Shown here piece by piece: positions 1-8,341 of a stretch of DNA of 20,000 nucleotides. Source of the stretch: an uncultured virus (IMG/VR IMGVR_UViG_3300027760_000001) (Duplodnaviria; Heunggongvirae; Uroviricota; Caudoviricetes); the IMG/VR virus record IMGVR_UViG_3300027760_000001. One strand, 5' to 3'. A program made the position numbers and the translations under genes. The stretch's first letter is position 1. Each line of letters starts with the position of its first letter. The notes beneath the pieces were generated by a model, which was not told the origin of the DNA, ran no database searches, and was given only the letters and a program-made list of their open reading frames with translations.

Positions 1-1
1 T

Positions 2-1630
2 GCAGAGCAGTCCACGCGCAAAGGCTTCAAAGTATTGTTTGGTGGAGAAGGTGCCGCAGCAGAAGAAGTGGTGGGCATCGAGCAGGTGATTGAAGACTTG
101 TATATCCTTGAAAACCTTGGTTTGGCTTCTAAAAATGCAAGACTCTTTGGTGGTGCCGTTATTCTTCTTTACATTGATGATGGAAGGTCAGCAGATCAGC
201 CAGTTAATTATTCAAACATTCGTTCAGTTGAGGGAATGGAAGTATTAGATCGCTGGCAAATTGCGCCAGTAATCAATGAAGAAAGTCTTTATGACTATTC
301 CAAGGCAACTTACTATCAAATTATTAGTGGAGATTTAATCAGGCAGCCACAGTTAGCAAAAATTCATAAAGATAGGATTCTGCGTTTTGATGGAGAATGG
401 CTTCCTTATCGCATCAGGCAAAGGAACTATGGGTGGGGAATGAGTACGTTGCAAACTGTATATGACAGTTTCCGCTTTTATTCCAGCGGTATTAGCTCTG
501 CCGCAACGCTTCTAACTGAATTTGATATTTTTGTCCACAAAATTAGGGGCCTTGCCTCCATGCTTGCTGCTGGCAAAGAAGGAGATGTACGTAATCGCCT
601 GATTGTCAACGATATGAGCAAAAGTGTTTATCGAGGCTATGCCATTGACGCCGAAAAAGAAGAACTAGCTTTCATTAGCCGCAACTTTGGCGGCATTGGA
701 GAAATCTTGGAAAAGCTTCGCGTTGATATTATTGGTGCTTCCCAGATTCCCCATACGATTCTCTTCGGAGAAAGCCCTGGTGGACTTGGCTCGACTGGTC
801 GCAGTGAAGAGCGTGATTTTGCCAAGCACCTAGGAGATTACCAAGCATCACATTACAAGCGTCCGTTGCAGCAGCTCATGAAAATGATCATGCTCAGCAA
901 AAAGGGTCCGACCAATGGCAGTGTCCCTGAATCTTGGCGCATTAAGTTCAATGATTTGTTTGAGCTTAATGAAAGGGAAAAAGCTGACGTACGGGCGCGA
1001 GTGGCAGCCGTGGATGGGCGTTACGTGCAGCTCGGCATTCTCCACCCGAAGGAAGTAGCAGAAGCCCGCTATGGAGGCAGCGAGTGGTCAATGGAACTCA
1101 CTCTTGATCCATCGCTTCCCCGTGAACTGCCTGCGCAGAAAGGCCAGCAGAATGTTCCTCCTGGCGGCAGAGACCCCCTGAACCAAGAGAATGGTACGTT
1201 GCCCATGGATGGCAGCAGGCAAGTGCAAGATGAGGCTGGGCTTTACTTGCCCCAAGATCTTGAAGCCATCAAAGAAGACGCCACTTTTGTCGATAAAAGC
1301 CTTCATGAGCAGGCTATTGCGTCAGCAAAGACGAAGTTCAAAGTGTGGCCCAGTGCAGTTGCCGGTGCTTACGTGTCGCGTAAGTATCAAGAGCTATACA
1401 AGCGCAAGCATGGATCCCTAGAAGGAGCCTTTAAGGGGAAAAAAGAGCAAGCTGAGTATTTTAAGAAACAAGATGCGATTGATGCCGTAAAAATCGGAGG
1501 CCTACTGCTGGAAAAGGTGGACGAAACTGCCTTCATCTCAGACAATGACATTGAGCGGGCCATGAAGGAATGGAAGGAAGAAGCTCCTGCTCGTTTCAAG
1601 GACATCTTGGAAGCCGAAGATGCTGAATGA
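2..1630 (+). CDS. Phage portal protein (DUF1073/HI1409-like), 5'-truncated, with C-terminal extension
   Basis: Frame is open from base 2 (AEQSTRKGFKVLFGG...), so the start is upstream of the window; motifs ARLFGGAVI, IHKDRILRF, GWGMSTLQ, IPHTILFGESPGGL, F.DLFELNEREKA typical of DUF1073 portals. Confidence 0.9.
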   Translation, partial: AEQSTRKGFKVLFGGEGAAAEEVVGIEQVIEDLYILENLGLASKNARLFGGAVILLYIDDGRSADQPVNYSNIRSVEGMEVLDRWQIAPVINEESLYDYSKATYYQIISGDLIRQPQLAKIHKDRILRFDGEWLPYRIRQRNYGWGMSTLQTVYDSFRFYSSGISSAATLLTEFDIFVHKIRGLASMLAAGKEGDVRNRLIVNDMSKSVYRGYAIDAEKEELAFISRNFGGIGEILEKLRVDIIGASQIPHTILFGESPGGLGSTGRSEERDFAKHLGDYQASHYKRPLQQLMKMIMLSKKGPTNGSVPESWRIKFNDLFELNEREKADVRARVAAVDGRYVQLGILHPKEVAEARYGGSEWSMELTLDPSLPRELPAQKGQQNVPPGGRDPLNQENGTLPMDGSRQVQDEAGLYLPQDLEAIKEDATFVDKSLHEQAIASAKTKFKVWPSAVAGAYVSRKYQELYKRKHGSLEGAFKGKKEQAEYFKKQDAIDAVKIGGLLLEKVDETAFISDNDIERAMKEWKEEAPARFKDILEAEDAE

Positions 1631-2297
1631 CACTGCTCATTTCTCTGAGACTTTGCTCTCCGAAAGGTTTGATGCGGCATGGTCTTACGACAGGAAGACT
1701 GGTCGTTACCGCGATGAACGTGGACGCTTTCTAAGCAAAGCTGCAGTAGGCAAGCTTGTTGATGGTCGCATTTACAAGTTAGAAGCGCAGTTGAAGCAGT
1801 TCACTCGTATGCTCATAGATAATTCCATCACCTTGGAACAATGGCAAGGAAGTGTTCGTGAAGCTATCAAAAACGCCCATATTCAGGCTGGCATTATTGG
1901 CCATGGCGGAAAAGCAAGCATGGGCAGTACGCAATATGGTCGAATCGGCCAGCGGCTTCGTGCAGAATACGCTTATCTACAAGGCTTTGTTCGTGACCTT
2001 CTTGATGGTCGCATGTCTGCTCCCATGGCTCTTGCTCGTATCGGCCTTTACGCTCAAAGTGTACGAGGATCTTACTGGGAAGGAACTGAAGCACGAGAAC
2101 AGCAGCGAGGCTTTTCGCTGATGCGAAGAATCTTGGACGCCCAGGCAGAACATTGCCAGGAATGCATTGACTATGCTGCCCGTGGGATGGTTCCCATCGG
2201 CAGTCTCCCCATGCCAGGACAGCGATGTTCTTGCAGATCTAGGTGTAAATGCTCTGTCACTTACTATCGCCAGCAAGCTCCTGTGGTGCCAGTGTAG
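1620..2297 (+). CDS. Minor head protein, MuF/SPP1 gp7-like
   Basis: Directly follows portal; C-terminal EHCQEC...LPMPGQRCSCRSRCKC cysteine motif; N-terminal RYRDERGRF motif. Confidence 0.75.
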   Translation: MLNDTAHFSETLLSERFDAAWSYDRKTGRYRDERGRFLSKAAVGKLVDGRIYKLEAQLKQFTRMLIDNSITLEQWQGSVREAIKNAHIQAGIIGHGGKASMGSTQYGRIGQRLRAEYAYLQGFVRDLLDGRMSAPMALARIGLYAQSVRGSYWEGTEAREQQRGFSLMRRILDAQAEHCQECIDYAARGMVPIGSLPMPGQRCSCRSRCKCSVTYYRQQAPVVPV

Positions 2298-2335
2298 AAA
2301 GACCATCTATCATCTGACAAGTTCTTGAAACGCCT

Positions 2336-3556
2336 GTGGCTCGGATTCTTTACTGCGGAGACTGTGGAGTACAAACTGGGTTTGGACGTGTTGCTGAGTA
2401 TTTGATTCCAGCACTGGCCCAGGAGCATGAAGTGCATGCTTTGGCAGTCAACTACCATGGCGACCCTAATGAAATGCAGAAGCATTGCTTCATGTATCCA
2501 GCGATGGTACATGGCAATGACCCCTTTGGCTCGCACCGCATTGGTGAACTCATTCAAACCATTAAGCCAGATTTGGTGTGGGTGACCAACGATCTATGGA
2601 TTGCTGCAAACCTATGGGAAGCAGTTAAGCCACTGTGGGAGAAGATGGACTTCAAATTCTTTGTTTACACTCCCATTGATAGTTATGGCATCTTCCCTGA
2701 AATGGCAACATCTGCCAATGAATGGGACGGCTTGGCCACCTATACAGAGTTTGGCAAAATCGAACTTGAGACAATGGGCTACAACAAGCCCATCCATGTG
2801 ATTCCCCATGGTACGGACTTTTCAAAGTTCTTTTCCATGGACAAAAAGCAATGCAGGCAAGAGCTTGGCATTCCAGAAGATGCCTTCATTGTTTTCAATG
2901 GCAACAGGAATCAACCACGTAAACGAATTGATTTGACAATCAAAGGCTTCATTAAGTTTGCAAAAGGCAAGCCTGATGCAAGGCTTTGGCTTAACATGGG
3001 CGCCAGGGACATGGGATGGGAGTTGATCCCCTTGTTCAATCGAGTGGCGCGTGATGAAGGCTATGATCCTCAAGGCAAACTAATCTTGACCAGTCCACAT
3101 TTCTCTACCAGCAACTGTCTTCCCATTGAAAAGCTCAATCAAGTGTATAACGCTGTAGATGTTGGCGTTAACACTTGTATTGGAGAAGGATGGGGCCTAG
3201 TAAATACAGAGCATGCCGCCACTGGAGTGGCTCAAGTTGTACCGAACCATACAAGCCTGAAGGAAATTTTCCATGGCATTCAACGTATTCAGTGCAATGC
3301 ATCAGAAACCGATAGGAACTATGGACTAGAGCGCATGCTGCCAGATCCAGATAGCCTTGCGGAAATCCTGAACAATTACTATTCCAATCACATGGCACTT
3401 AACGTTGCCAATAGCTGGTGTTACAAGCGAGTGCATGAAGAGCAGTTTACTTGGCCTAAGATCACCAAGAAAATGCTTGATATTGTTGGTTCTGTTTTAG
3501 AGCAAAGAAAGCAAACAGAATTCAAAGGCTTTGGCACTCCTGCTCGTATTGGTTGA
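2336..3556 (+). CDS. GT-B fold glycosyltransferase (GT4-like)
   Basis: TGFGRV N-terminal motif, NRNQPRKRID, EGWGLVNTE (EX7E) motif. Confidence 0.9.
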   Translation: MARILYCGDCGVQTGFGRVAEYLIPALAQEHEVHALAVNYHGDPNEMQKHCFMYPAMVHGNDPFGSHRIGELIQTIKPDLVWVTNDLWIAANLWEAVKPLWEKMDFKFFVYTPIDSYGIFPEMATSANEWDGLATYTEFGKIELETMGYNKPIHVIPHGTDFSKFFSMDKKQCRQELGIPEDAFIVFNGNRNQPRKRIDLTIKGFIKFAKGKPDARLWLNMGARDMGWELIPLFNRVARDEGYDPQGKLILTSPHFSTSNCLPIEKLNQVYNAVDVGVNTCIGEGWGLVNTEHAATGVAQVVPNHTSLKEIFHGIQRIQCNASETDRNYGLERMLPDPDSLAEILNNYYSNHMALNVANSWCYKRVHEEQFTWPKITKKMLDIVGSVLEQRKQTEFKGFGTPARIG

Positions 3557-3561
3557 TCATC

Positions 3562-4272
3562 ATGAACATCTCGCAGATTTTTCTTTCTGACACCGACAAG
3601 GAGCTTTCTCCTTTCCTAAAGTTTGCCACTGGAACCATTGACCAATGCTTCCCTGGCTGTGACCATACTATTTATAACAAAGAAACTCTTCGGCAGTTTA
3701 TTGATGAAAACTTCCATCAGTCAGTTGTAGATGCCTATGACTGCCTAAAGCCATATTCCTATAAGGCAGACTTGGGACGCTTTTGCTTGCTCTACAAGCT
3801 TGGCGGATGGTACATGGACATTGCAGTTCGCGCAGTAAATGGAGTGGAGATTGGCAATCAAATTGAATTCCTTGCCTTTAGGGATATTCAGCGATTCAGT
3901 TATACTTCTTGGGCTTGCGCTACAACTGTGCTCTATTCAAAGCCTGGCAATAATGCGCTGATGACTGCCATTGAAATGATTATTGATAATTGCGCTGAGA
4001 AGTATTATGGCATTACGCCATTGTGCCCCACCGGCCCAACTCTTCTTGGTGCTGCTTTGGCAGCAAATGGTGGCAATACCAATTTCGTTTATGGCGACTA
4101 CTTGGAGCTAACTCCTACACATGAAAACAAGAATCGTGCCTTTGTTCTGCCAGATGGCACAATCATGGCATGGAGCAAGCCCTCTGGAGGGGGTGATTTA
4201 ACTGGTGTTGGCGCTAAGGGCGTGAACAACTACAACGAACTGTGGGCAGCGAGGAACGTATATGCAGGCTAA
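3562..4272 (+). CDS. GT-A glycosyltransferase, GT32/Gly_transf_sug-like
   Basis: YKADLGRFCLLYKLGGWYMD and C-terminal PTGPTLL motifs; ATG at 3562 chosen over TTG at 3553. Confidence 0.8.
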   Translation: MNISQIFLSDTDKELSPFLKFATGTIDQCFPGCDHTIYNKETLRQFIDENFHQSVVDAYDCLKPYSYKADLGRFCLLYKLGGWYMDIAVRAVNGVEIGNQIEFLAFRDIQRFSYTSWACATTVLYSKPGNNALMTAIEMIIDNCAEKYYGITPLCPTGPTLLGAALAANGGNTNFVYGDYLELTPTHENKNRAFVLPDGTIMAWSKPSGGGDLTGVGAKGVNNYNELWAARNVYAG

Positions 4273-4975
4273 GGATCTCAGCATCTATGCAGTGGGAACG
4301 AAGGACCTTCCCATGCGCTATGAATCAGTGGCAACACTTAAGCAACTATGCGCCCATTCCTCGGCTTTGCTTTCAGAAGAAAGAGAAGCACTGAGAGCGC
4401 GGGGATGGTACTTTGATGACGAAGGAGACAACATCTCTGCTCTTAATCCATGGTGGGGCGAATTAACTGGAGTGTATTGGCTTTTACGTAATACCAATGA
4501 CCTTCTAGTGGGAAATGCTCAATATCGAAGATACTGGGTAAATGAAGGCATTGAGCATTCCAGCGAAAGTCAACTATATGTATCGGGCACTTGCCTGTTT
4601 AATTGCTCTTTGGCTGATCAGTTTAGAGGAGGTCATTCCTTCAGGGGAATTGAAATGACGATGGAGGCAGCAGAGCGCGGCAAGTTACCATTCACCGTTA
4701 ATGAGATGCGTTCTGTTTGGGAGCAAAATCACTTCTTTGGTGGTCCTATGGCGAGAGGACCTCGCAAGGATTATACGGCCTTGATGACGGTGCTTTTTGA
4801 TTGCTTGTGGCCCATCTGGGAGGACAATAAAGACGAAATTAAGGCACTTTCTGGCTATGATCAACGCGCTATGGCTTTCCTAAGCGAACGACTACTTGCA
4901 GGCGTTGTCTTGCTTCGTGAGAAGTTCTTTGGAAACATGTCTATCCTTTGCGCTCCGATGAGCTTCATTCCATGA
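4262..4975 (+). CDS. DUF4422-like putative glycosyltransferase
   Basis: GDNISALNPWWGELTGVYW, VGNAQYRRY and RAMAFLSERL motifs resemble DUF4422 proteins. Confidence 0.75.
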   Translation: MQAKDLSIYAVGTKDLPMRYESVATLKQLCAHSSALLSEEREALRARGWYFDDEGDNISALNPWWGELTGVYWLLRNTNDLLVGNAQYRRYWVNEGIEHSSESQLYVSGTCLFNCSLADQFRGGHSFRGIEMTMEAAERGKLPFTVNEMRSVWEQNHFFGGPMARGPRKDYTALMTVLFDCLWPIWEDNKDEIKALSGYDQRAMAFLSERLLAGVVLLREKFFGNMSILCAPMSFIP

Positions 4976-6114
4976 CTCGCACTATTCTCGATCTTGGCCA
5001 ACAGCCCCTTGTCAATAATCTTTGCCAAGACGAAGCGTCCTCCCTTGCAGCCGAACAGTTTCCTCTCAAGGCGATTCTGGAAGATGATCTAACCATCCAT
5101 TTGGACTATGCAGTCGATCCGTCTGTCTTATATGGCAACTATTTGTATCATTCCTCGACAAGCAAGCCATATCTTGAGCATTGCAAGCAAATGTTTAGGA
5201 GCTTTTGTTTTCTAAGGCATGATGTGGTTATAGATATTGGCGGCAATGATGGATCTTTGCTGAAGCAAATTAAAGAGAATAGCAAGCAAAAGCCAGTCTT
5301 AATTAACGTAGATGCAAGTCCCACCTTCAAGGAGGAAAACGAGAAGGAAGGCATTATTTTTGTCAATGATTTCTGGGGAGACCATCTATCCCTGCCAAAG
5401 GCAAATATAATCACTTCAACTAATGTTTTTCAGCATACAAAAGACATTCATGCTTTCATGCGTGGCATCGAAAGATTCCTGGATGGAGTGTGGATCCTGG
5501 AATTTCCCTACGCAGCGGAAACCATTCGGACTGATCAATTTGACCAGTTTTACCATGAGCATTATTACTACTGGCTGCTAACTCCTCTTGAAGCACTGTT
5601 TAAGCAATATGGGCTAAGGATTATTCATCATGAAATGCAAGACATTCATGGTGGCACAATGCGGCTATGGATGACAAATAGAGAAGTTGGAGCGCCAACT
5701 TGTGACCTATCTTCTTATAAAGATAAAGAAAAAGAACTAATGTATGATGCCATTTTAGGCTTAAATATTAGAAGCCTTAAGCGGCAGTTTGCTTCAATGT
5801 CAGAAAACGTTGAATCATTCGGGAAGATCGCCTTCTTTGGAGCTGCCGCGAAGGGATGCGTCTTCCTGAACGCTCTAGGAATCAACTCAGCCAACAATGG
5901 GCCTTCTTTCGTGATTGACGACACGAAGAGCAAGCAAGGGCTGTACGTACCTGGTACGGGCTTTCCAGTGGTAGATCGCAGCCATCTTTCGCAGTGCAAT
6001 ACCATCATCATCCTTGCCCATAACTTTGCAGATCACATTGCAAAATCATTGCGACAAGACGGCTTCAATGGTCGAATTGTCGCTATGCTTCCTTGGTATC
6101 GGGAGTTTGATTGA
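4972..6114 (+). CDS. NDP-sugar C-methyltransferase-like protein (TcaB9/NovU/TylCIII-type)
   Basis: LDLGQQPLVN, DIGGNDG (SAM-binding), TNVFQH, FYHEHYYY, IHGGTMR, FGAAAKG, ILAHNF motifs; ATG at 4972 overlaps the previous stop (ATGA). Confidence 0.85.
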   Translation: MTRTILDLGQQPLVNNLCQDEASSLAAEQFPLKAILEDDLTIHLDYAVDPSVLYGNYLYHSSTSKPYLEHCKQMFRSFCFLRHDVVIDIGGNDGSLLKQIKENSKQKPVLINVDASPTFKEENEKEGIIFVNDFWGDHLSLPKANIITSTNVFQHTKDIHAFMRGIERFLDGVWILEFPYAAETIRTDQFDQFYHEHYYYWLLTPLEALFKQYGLRIIHHEMQDIHGGTMRLWMTNREVGAPTCDLSSYKDKEKELMYDAILGLNIRSLKRQFASMSENVESFGKIAFFGAAAKGCVFLNALGINSANNGPSFVIDDTKSKQGLYVPGTGFPVVDRSHLSQCNTIIILAHNFADHIAKSLRQDGFNGRIVAMLPWYREFD

Positions 6115-6719
6115 TGCAACTATCTACAGAAGCGCCTGGCATTGATGCCATTCTTAACGCGCAAAGCATCAATGGGTTTGAATGGCCAGGTGGCACCGAC
6201 AAGCAAACTCTCCATTCGTATGGGCCTGTCTACGAAAAACTGCTTTCCCCATTGAAGGACAAGAAAGCAACCATCCTTGAAGTGGGAGTGCAGCTAGGTG
6301 GATCGCTCCTGCTTTGGCACGACTTCCTGCCTCAAAGCGTCGTGATTGGCGTTGATAATAAGAATACCATTGACCCTAGCATCATGCCCCGCATGGATCC
6401 ATTGCGCTGTGCAGTGCTGTTCATGGATGCCTATGCCAACGACACTGTTTCAAAAGTACAGCAGTTGGCAATCAATGGAATTGATTTTGCTATTGATGAT
6501 GGCCCGCATTCGCTAGAAAGCCAAAAACGCTTCTTGGAGCTGTACTTGCCATTGCTCAATGAAGGCGGCATTGCCGTGATTGAAGACATCCAAGACTACG
6601 GATGGTTTGAAGAGTTAATTCCATTGGTCAGTGATCAGTATGTCTATGAAATAGTTGATTTACGTGGCGTGAAGGGAAGGTATGATGACTTGATGCTTGT
6701 TGTCAAAAAAATAAGATGA
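6114..6719 (+). CDS. Class I SAM-dependent methyltransferase (sugar O-methyltransferase-like)
   Basis: GTDK..HSY..VYE, LEVGVQLGGS, IDDGPH, GGIAVIEDI motifs; TGATG overlap with upstream stop. Confidence 0.85.
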   Translation: MQLSTEAPGIDAILNAQSINGFEWPGGTDKQTLHSYGPVYEKLLSPLKDKKATILEVGVQLGGSLLLWHDFLPQSVVIGVDNKNTIDPSIMPRMDPLRCAVLFMDAYANDTVSKVQQLAINGIDFAIDDGPHSLESQKRFLELYLPLLNEGGIAVIEDIQDYGWFEELIPLVSDQYVYEIVDLRGVKGRYDDLMLVVKKIR

Positions 6720-7432
6720 GCTTGCGCCCATTGTTTATTGTTTACCATTTGTTTCAAGCGGAACGATGGGAGCAAATATATTGCGAACAGATGGGCGCGA
6801 TGATGCTTAGCGGATTGCTTGATCACGCACATTTAACCATTGGAATCAATGGTGATCAAGGCATTGATGCTCCTAGCAATTGCAAGATAATCCGCCATTG
6901 TGATGGTTTCTCTGAAAAGCCTTCATTGTTACTGGCTCGTCAAATTGCAGAAGAATATCCAACTGCCTCAATCCTGTATTTGCACAGTAAAGGCATTTCT
7001 CATGCCACTAGAAATCAAGATGATTGGAGAATGATGATGCAGCACTTCCTAATTGTCAATTGGGAAAAAGCTGTTGATCTTCTTGATGATTATGATGTGG
7101 TATCAGTGAATTGGCGTACTTTCCCAGTTGCTCATCCATCGGGGAATTATTGGTGGACAAGGGCTTCTCATTTGCTGAATTTAGATCCAGCTTATTTGGA
7201 CTCGACAGATAGATGGAGGCAAGAATTCTGGATGGGCTCTGTTCCATGTAAAGTGGCAAATATGCACGAAACAGAATTGGATCATTACAACGAAGAGTGT
7301 CCTTCTTCTAAATATTGTCAATCATATTTTTGTCGTTATCGAGGAGGCTCACTGCGTCTTAGCTTTTCCTCAAGAGCCAAAGCAATAGAAGAAGGGCGAC
7401 TGTCTCCAGTGGCTAAGATAGACTTTTTCTAG
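6716..7432 (+). CDS. Hypothetical protein, possible divergent glycosyltransferase
   Basis: ILYLHSKG, WRMMMQHF, GNYWWT, QEFWMG motifs resemble uncharacterised GT-like proteins in viral glycosylation clusters; ATGA-coupled to the methyltransferase. Confidence 0.5.
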   Translation: MSLRPLFIVYHLFQAERWEQIYCEQMGAMMLSGLLDHAHLTIGINGDQGIDAPSNCKIIRHCDGFSEKPSLLLARQIAEEYPTASILYLHSKGISHATRNQDDWRMMMQHFLIVNWEKAVDLLDDYDVVSVNWRTFPVAHPSGNYWWTRASHLLNLDPAYLDSTDRWRQEFWMGSVPCKVANMHETELDHYNEECPSSKYCQSYFCRYRGGSLRLSFSSRAKAIEEGRLSPVAKIDFF

Positions 7433-7460
7433 GAAAAAACTGAAATTATGGTCAATAATC

Positions 7461-8003
7461 TCACTCATTGTCAGAGTAATTTTTATCACTCCACAAAGAA
7501 AGCTCTTTTTTCTGATGCTCAGAATTGCTGAGAATTTCTAAATTGTCAATATGGTTGTTCAAGCAATTGCCGTCAATATGATGAACGTGTTCCCATTTTT
7601 CAAGCTTGCGTTTTAAGTGTTGCTCCATTATCCATCGATGTTCCCTAACTTGCTCTCCGTCGACCATAATGGTGGCGTACTGACGAGCTGGCTGATTCTT
7701 TTGCCTTAAAGATTCTGATCTGCGCATTAGTGGCGAATTTCTTCTTGCTTTTTCTCCTATTTCAGGATGATTCAATGCCAAGCACCTGCGAGAGCAGTAT
7801 TTCGCTGTATTGGATCTATATGCTGGAACATAGAAAATAACACCACAATGCAAACAGCTACAGGTAGCGCCTTTTTTCTTTCTGTCTGGAATTTTGCCCG
7901 ATCTTTTTAAGTGACCAGTCTGGCAACTGCGACAGCAATAAACATTTGTCTTCCTCCTGGGGGCAAAAAGCTTGCTACAGTTAAGACATGGCCGGGTATC
8001 CAT
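7461..8003 (-). CDS. Free-standing HNH endonuclease with two N-terminal Cys-rich zinc-binding repeats
   Basis: EHRWIME...HVHHIDGNCLNNHIDNL HNH motif; CLNC...YCCRSC and CLHC...YCSRRC repeats; antisense to flanking genes; ATG at 8003 (TTG at 8009 is an alternative). Confidence 0.88.
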   Translation of the reverse strand: MDTRPCLNCSKLFAPRRKTNVYCCRSCQTGHLKRSGKIPDRKKKGATCSCLHCGVIFYVPAYRSNTAKYCSRRCLALNHPEIGEKARRNSPLMRRSESLRQKNQPARQYATIMVDGEQVREHRWIMEQHLKRKLEKWEHVHHIDGNCLNNHIDNLEILSNSEHQKKELSLWSDKNYSDNE

Positions 8004-8046
8004 GGTCAAAAGATCAACTTCCCATTACTATAGCACTTTCCGAGTC

Positions 8047-8316
8047 ATGGCCACTGAGATCCTAAAAAAAAAGCAAGCAAAAATAGCTCGCGTAATGAGA
8101 GAGTTCAAGGCTGGCACCTTAAAGGGCAGCGGTGGAGATAAAATTACCGATCGTCGCCGTGCAATTGCAATTGCTCTGTCGGAAGCTGGCATGACCATGA
8201 AGGGTAAGAGCGATGCTTATATTGATGCCTATGTAGACACTATGATGTGCATGGAAATGGAAGAACCAGAAGAAGAAACCATGCAACAAGGCATGGATGG
8301 CCAGGGAAAGTCCTGA
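8047..8316 (+). CDS. DUF6496-like small basic protein with acidic tail (89 aa, unshifted product)
   Basis: KIARVMREFKAGTLKGSGG.KITDRRRAIAIALSEAG matches the DUF6496-type pattern; ATG at 8047 lies outside the HNH gene. Confidence 0.75.
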   Translation: MATEILKKKQAKIARVMREFKAGTLKGSGGDKITDRRRAIAIALSEAGMTMKGKSDAYIDAYVDTMMCMEMEEPEEETMQQGMDGQGKS

Positions 8317-8341
8317 GGGGAGATGCCGAGTCATTCTCCCC
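8304..8341 (+). promoter_or_regulatory. Putative programmed -1 ribosomal frameshift signal (G GGA AAG + 6-nt spacer + hairpin)
   Basis: In-phase X XXY YYZ heptamer at 8304-8310, one sense codon (TCC) before the stop; hairpin GGGGAGATG/CAT-TCTCCCC at 8317-8341; -1 frame open to 8663. Confidence 0.8.

Noticed and set aside
2..1630. Anti-CBASS Acb1 label sometimes attached to DUF1073 portals
   Set aside because: No pair of HxT/HxS 2H-phosphoesterase motifs is evident in the C-terminal extension
7424..7438. TTTTTC-TAG-GAAAAA inverted repeat between convergent genes
   Set aside because: Almost all A-T pairs with a 3-nt loop; too unstable to call a terminator
7972..8046. TTG start extending the DUF6496-like ORF to 114 aa
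   Set aside because: Overlaps the HNH gene and the divergent promoter gap; ATG at 8047 fits better
8064..8073. A9 run giving an in-phase A AAA AAG near the start of the 8047 gene
   Set aside because: The -1 frame stops after about 23 codons (TAA near 8139) and no clear stimulator was seen; probably just Lys codons
8247..8303. ORF-track start for the 138-aa ORF (MHGNGRTRRRNH...)
   Set aside because: Overlaps the acidic tail of the 8047 gene in another frame, has no SD, and reads like off-frame sequence; the frameshift explains the ORF better
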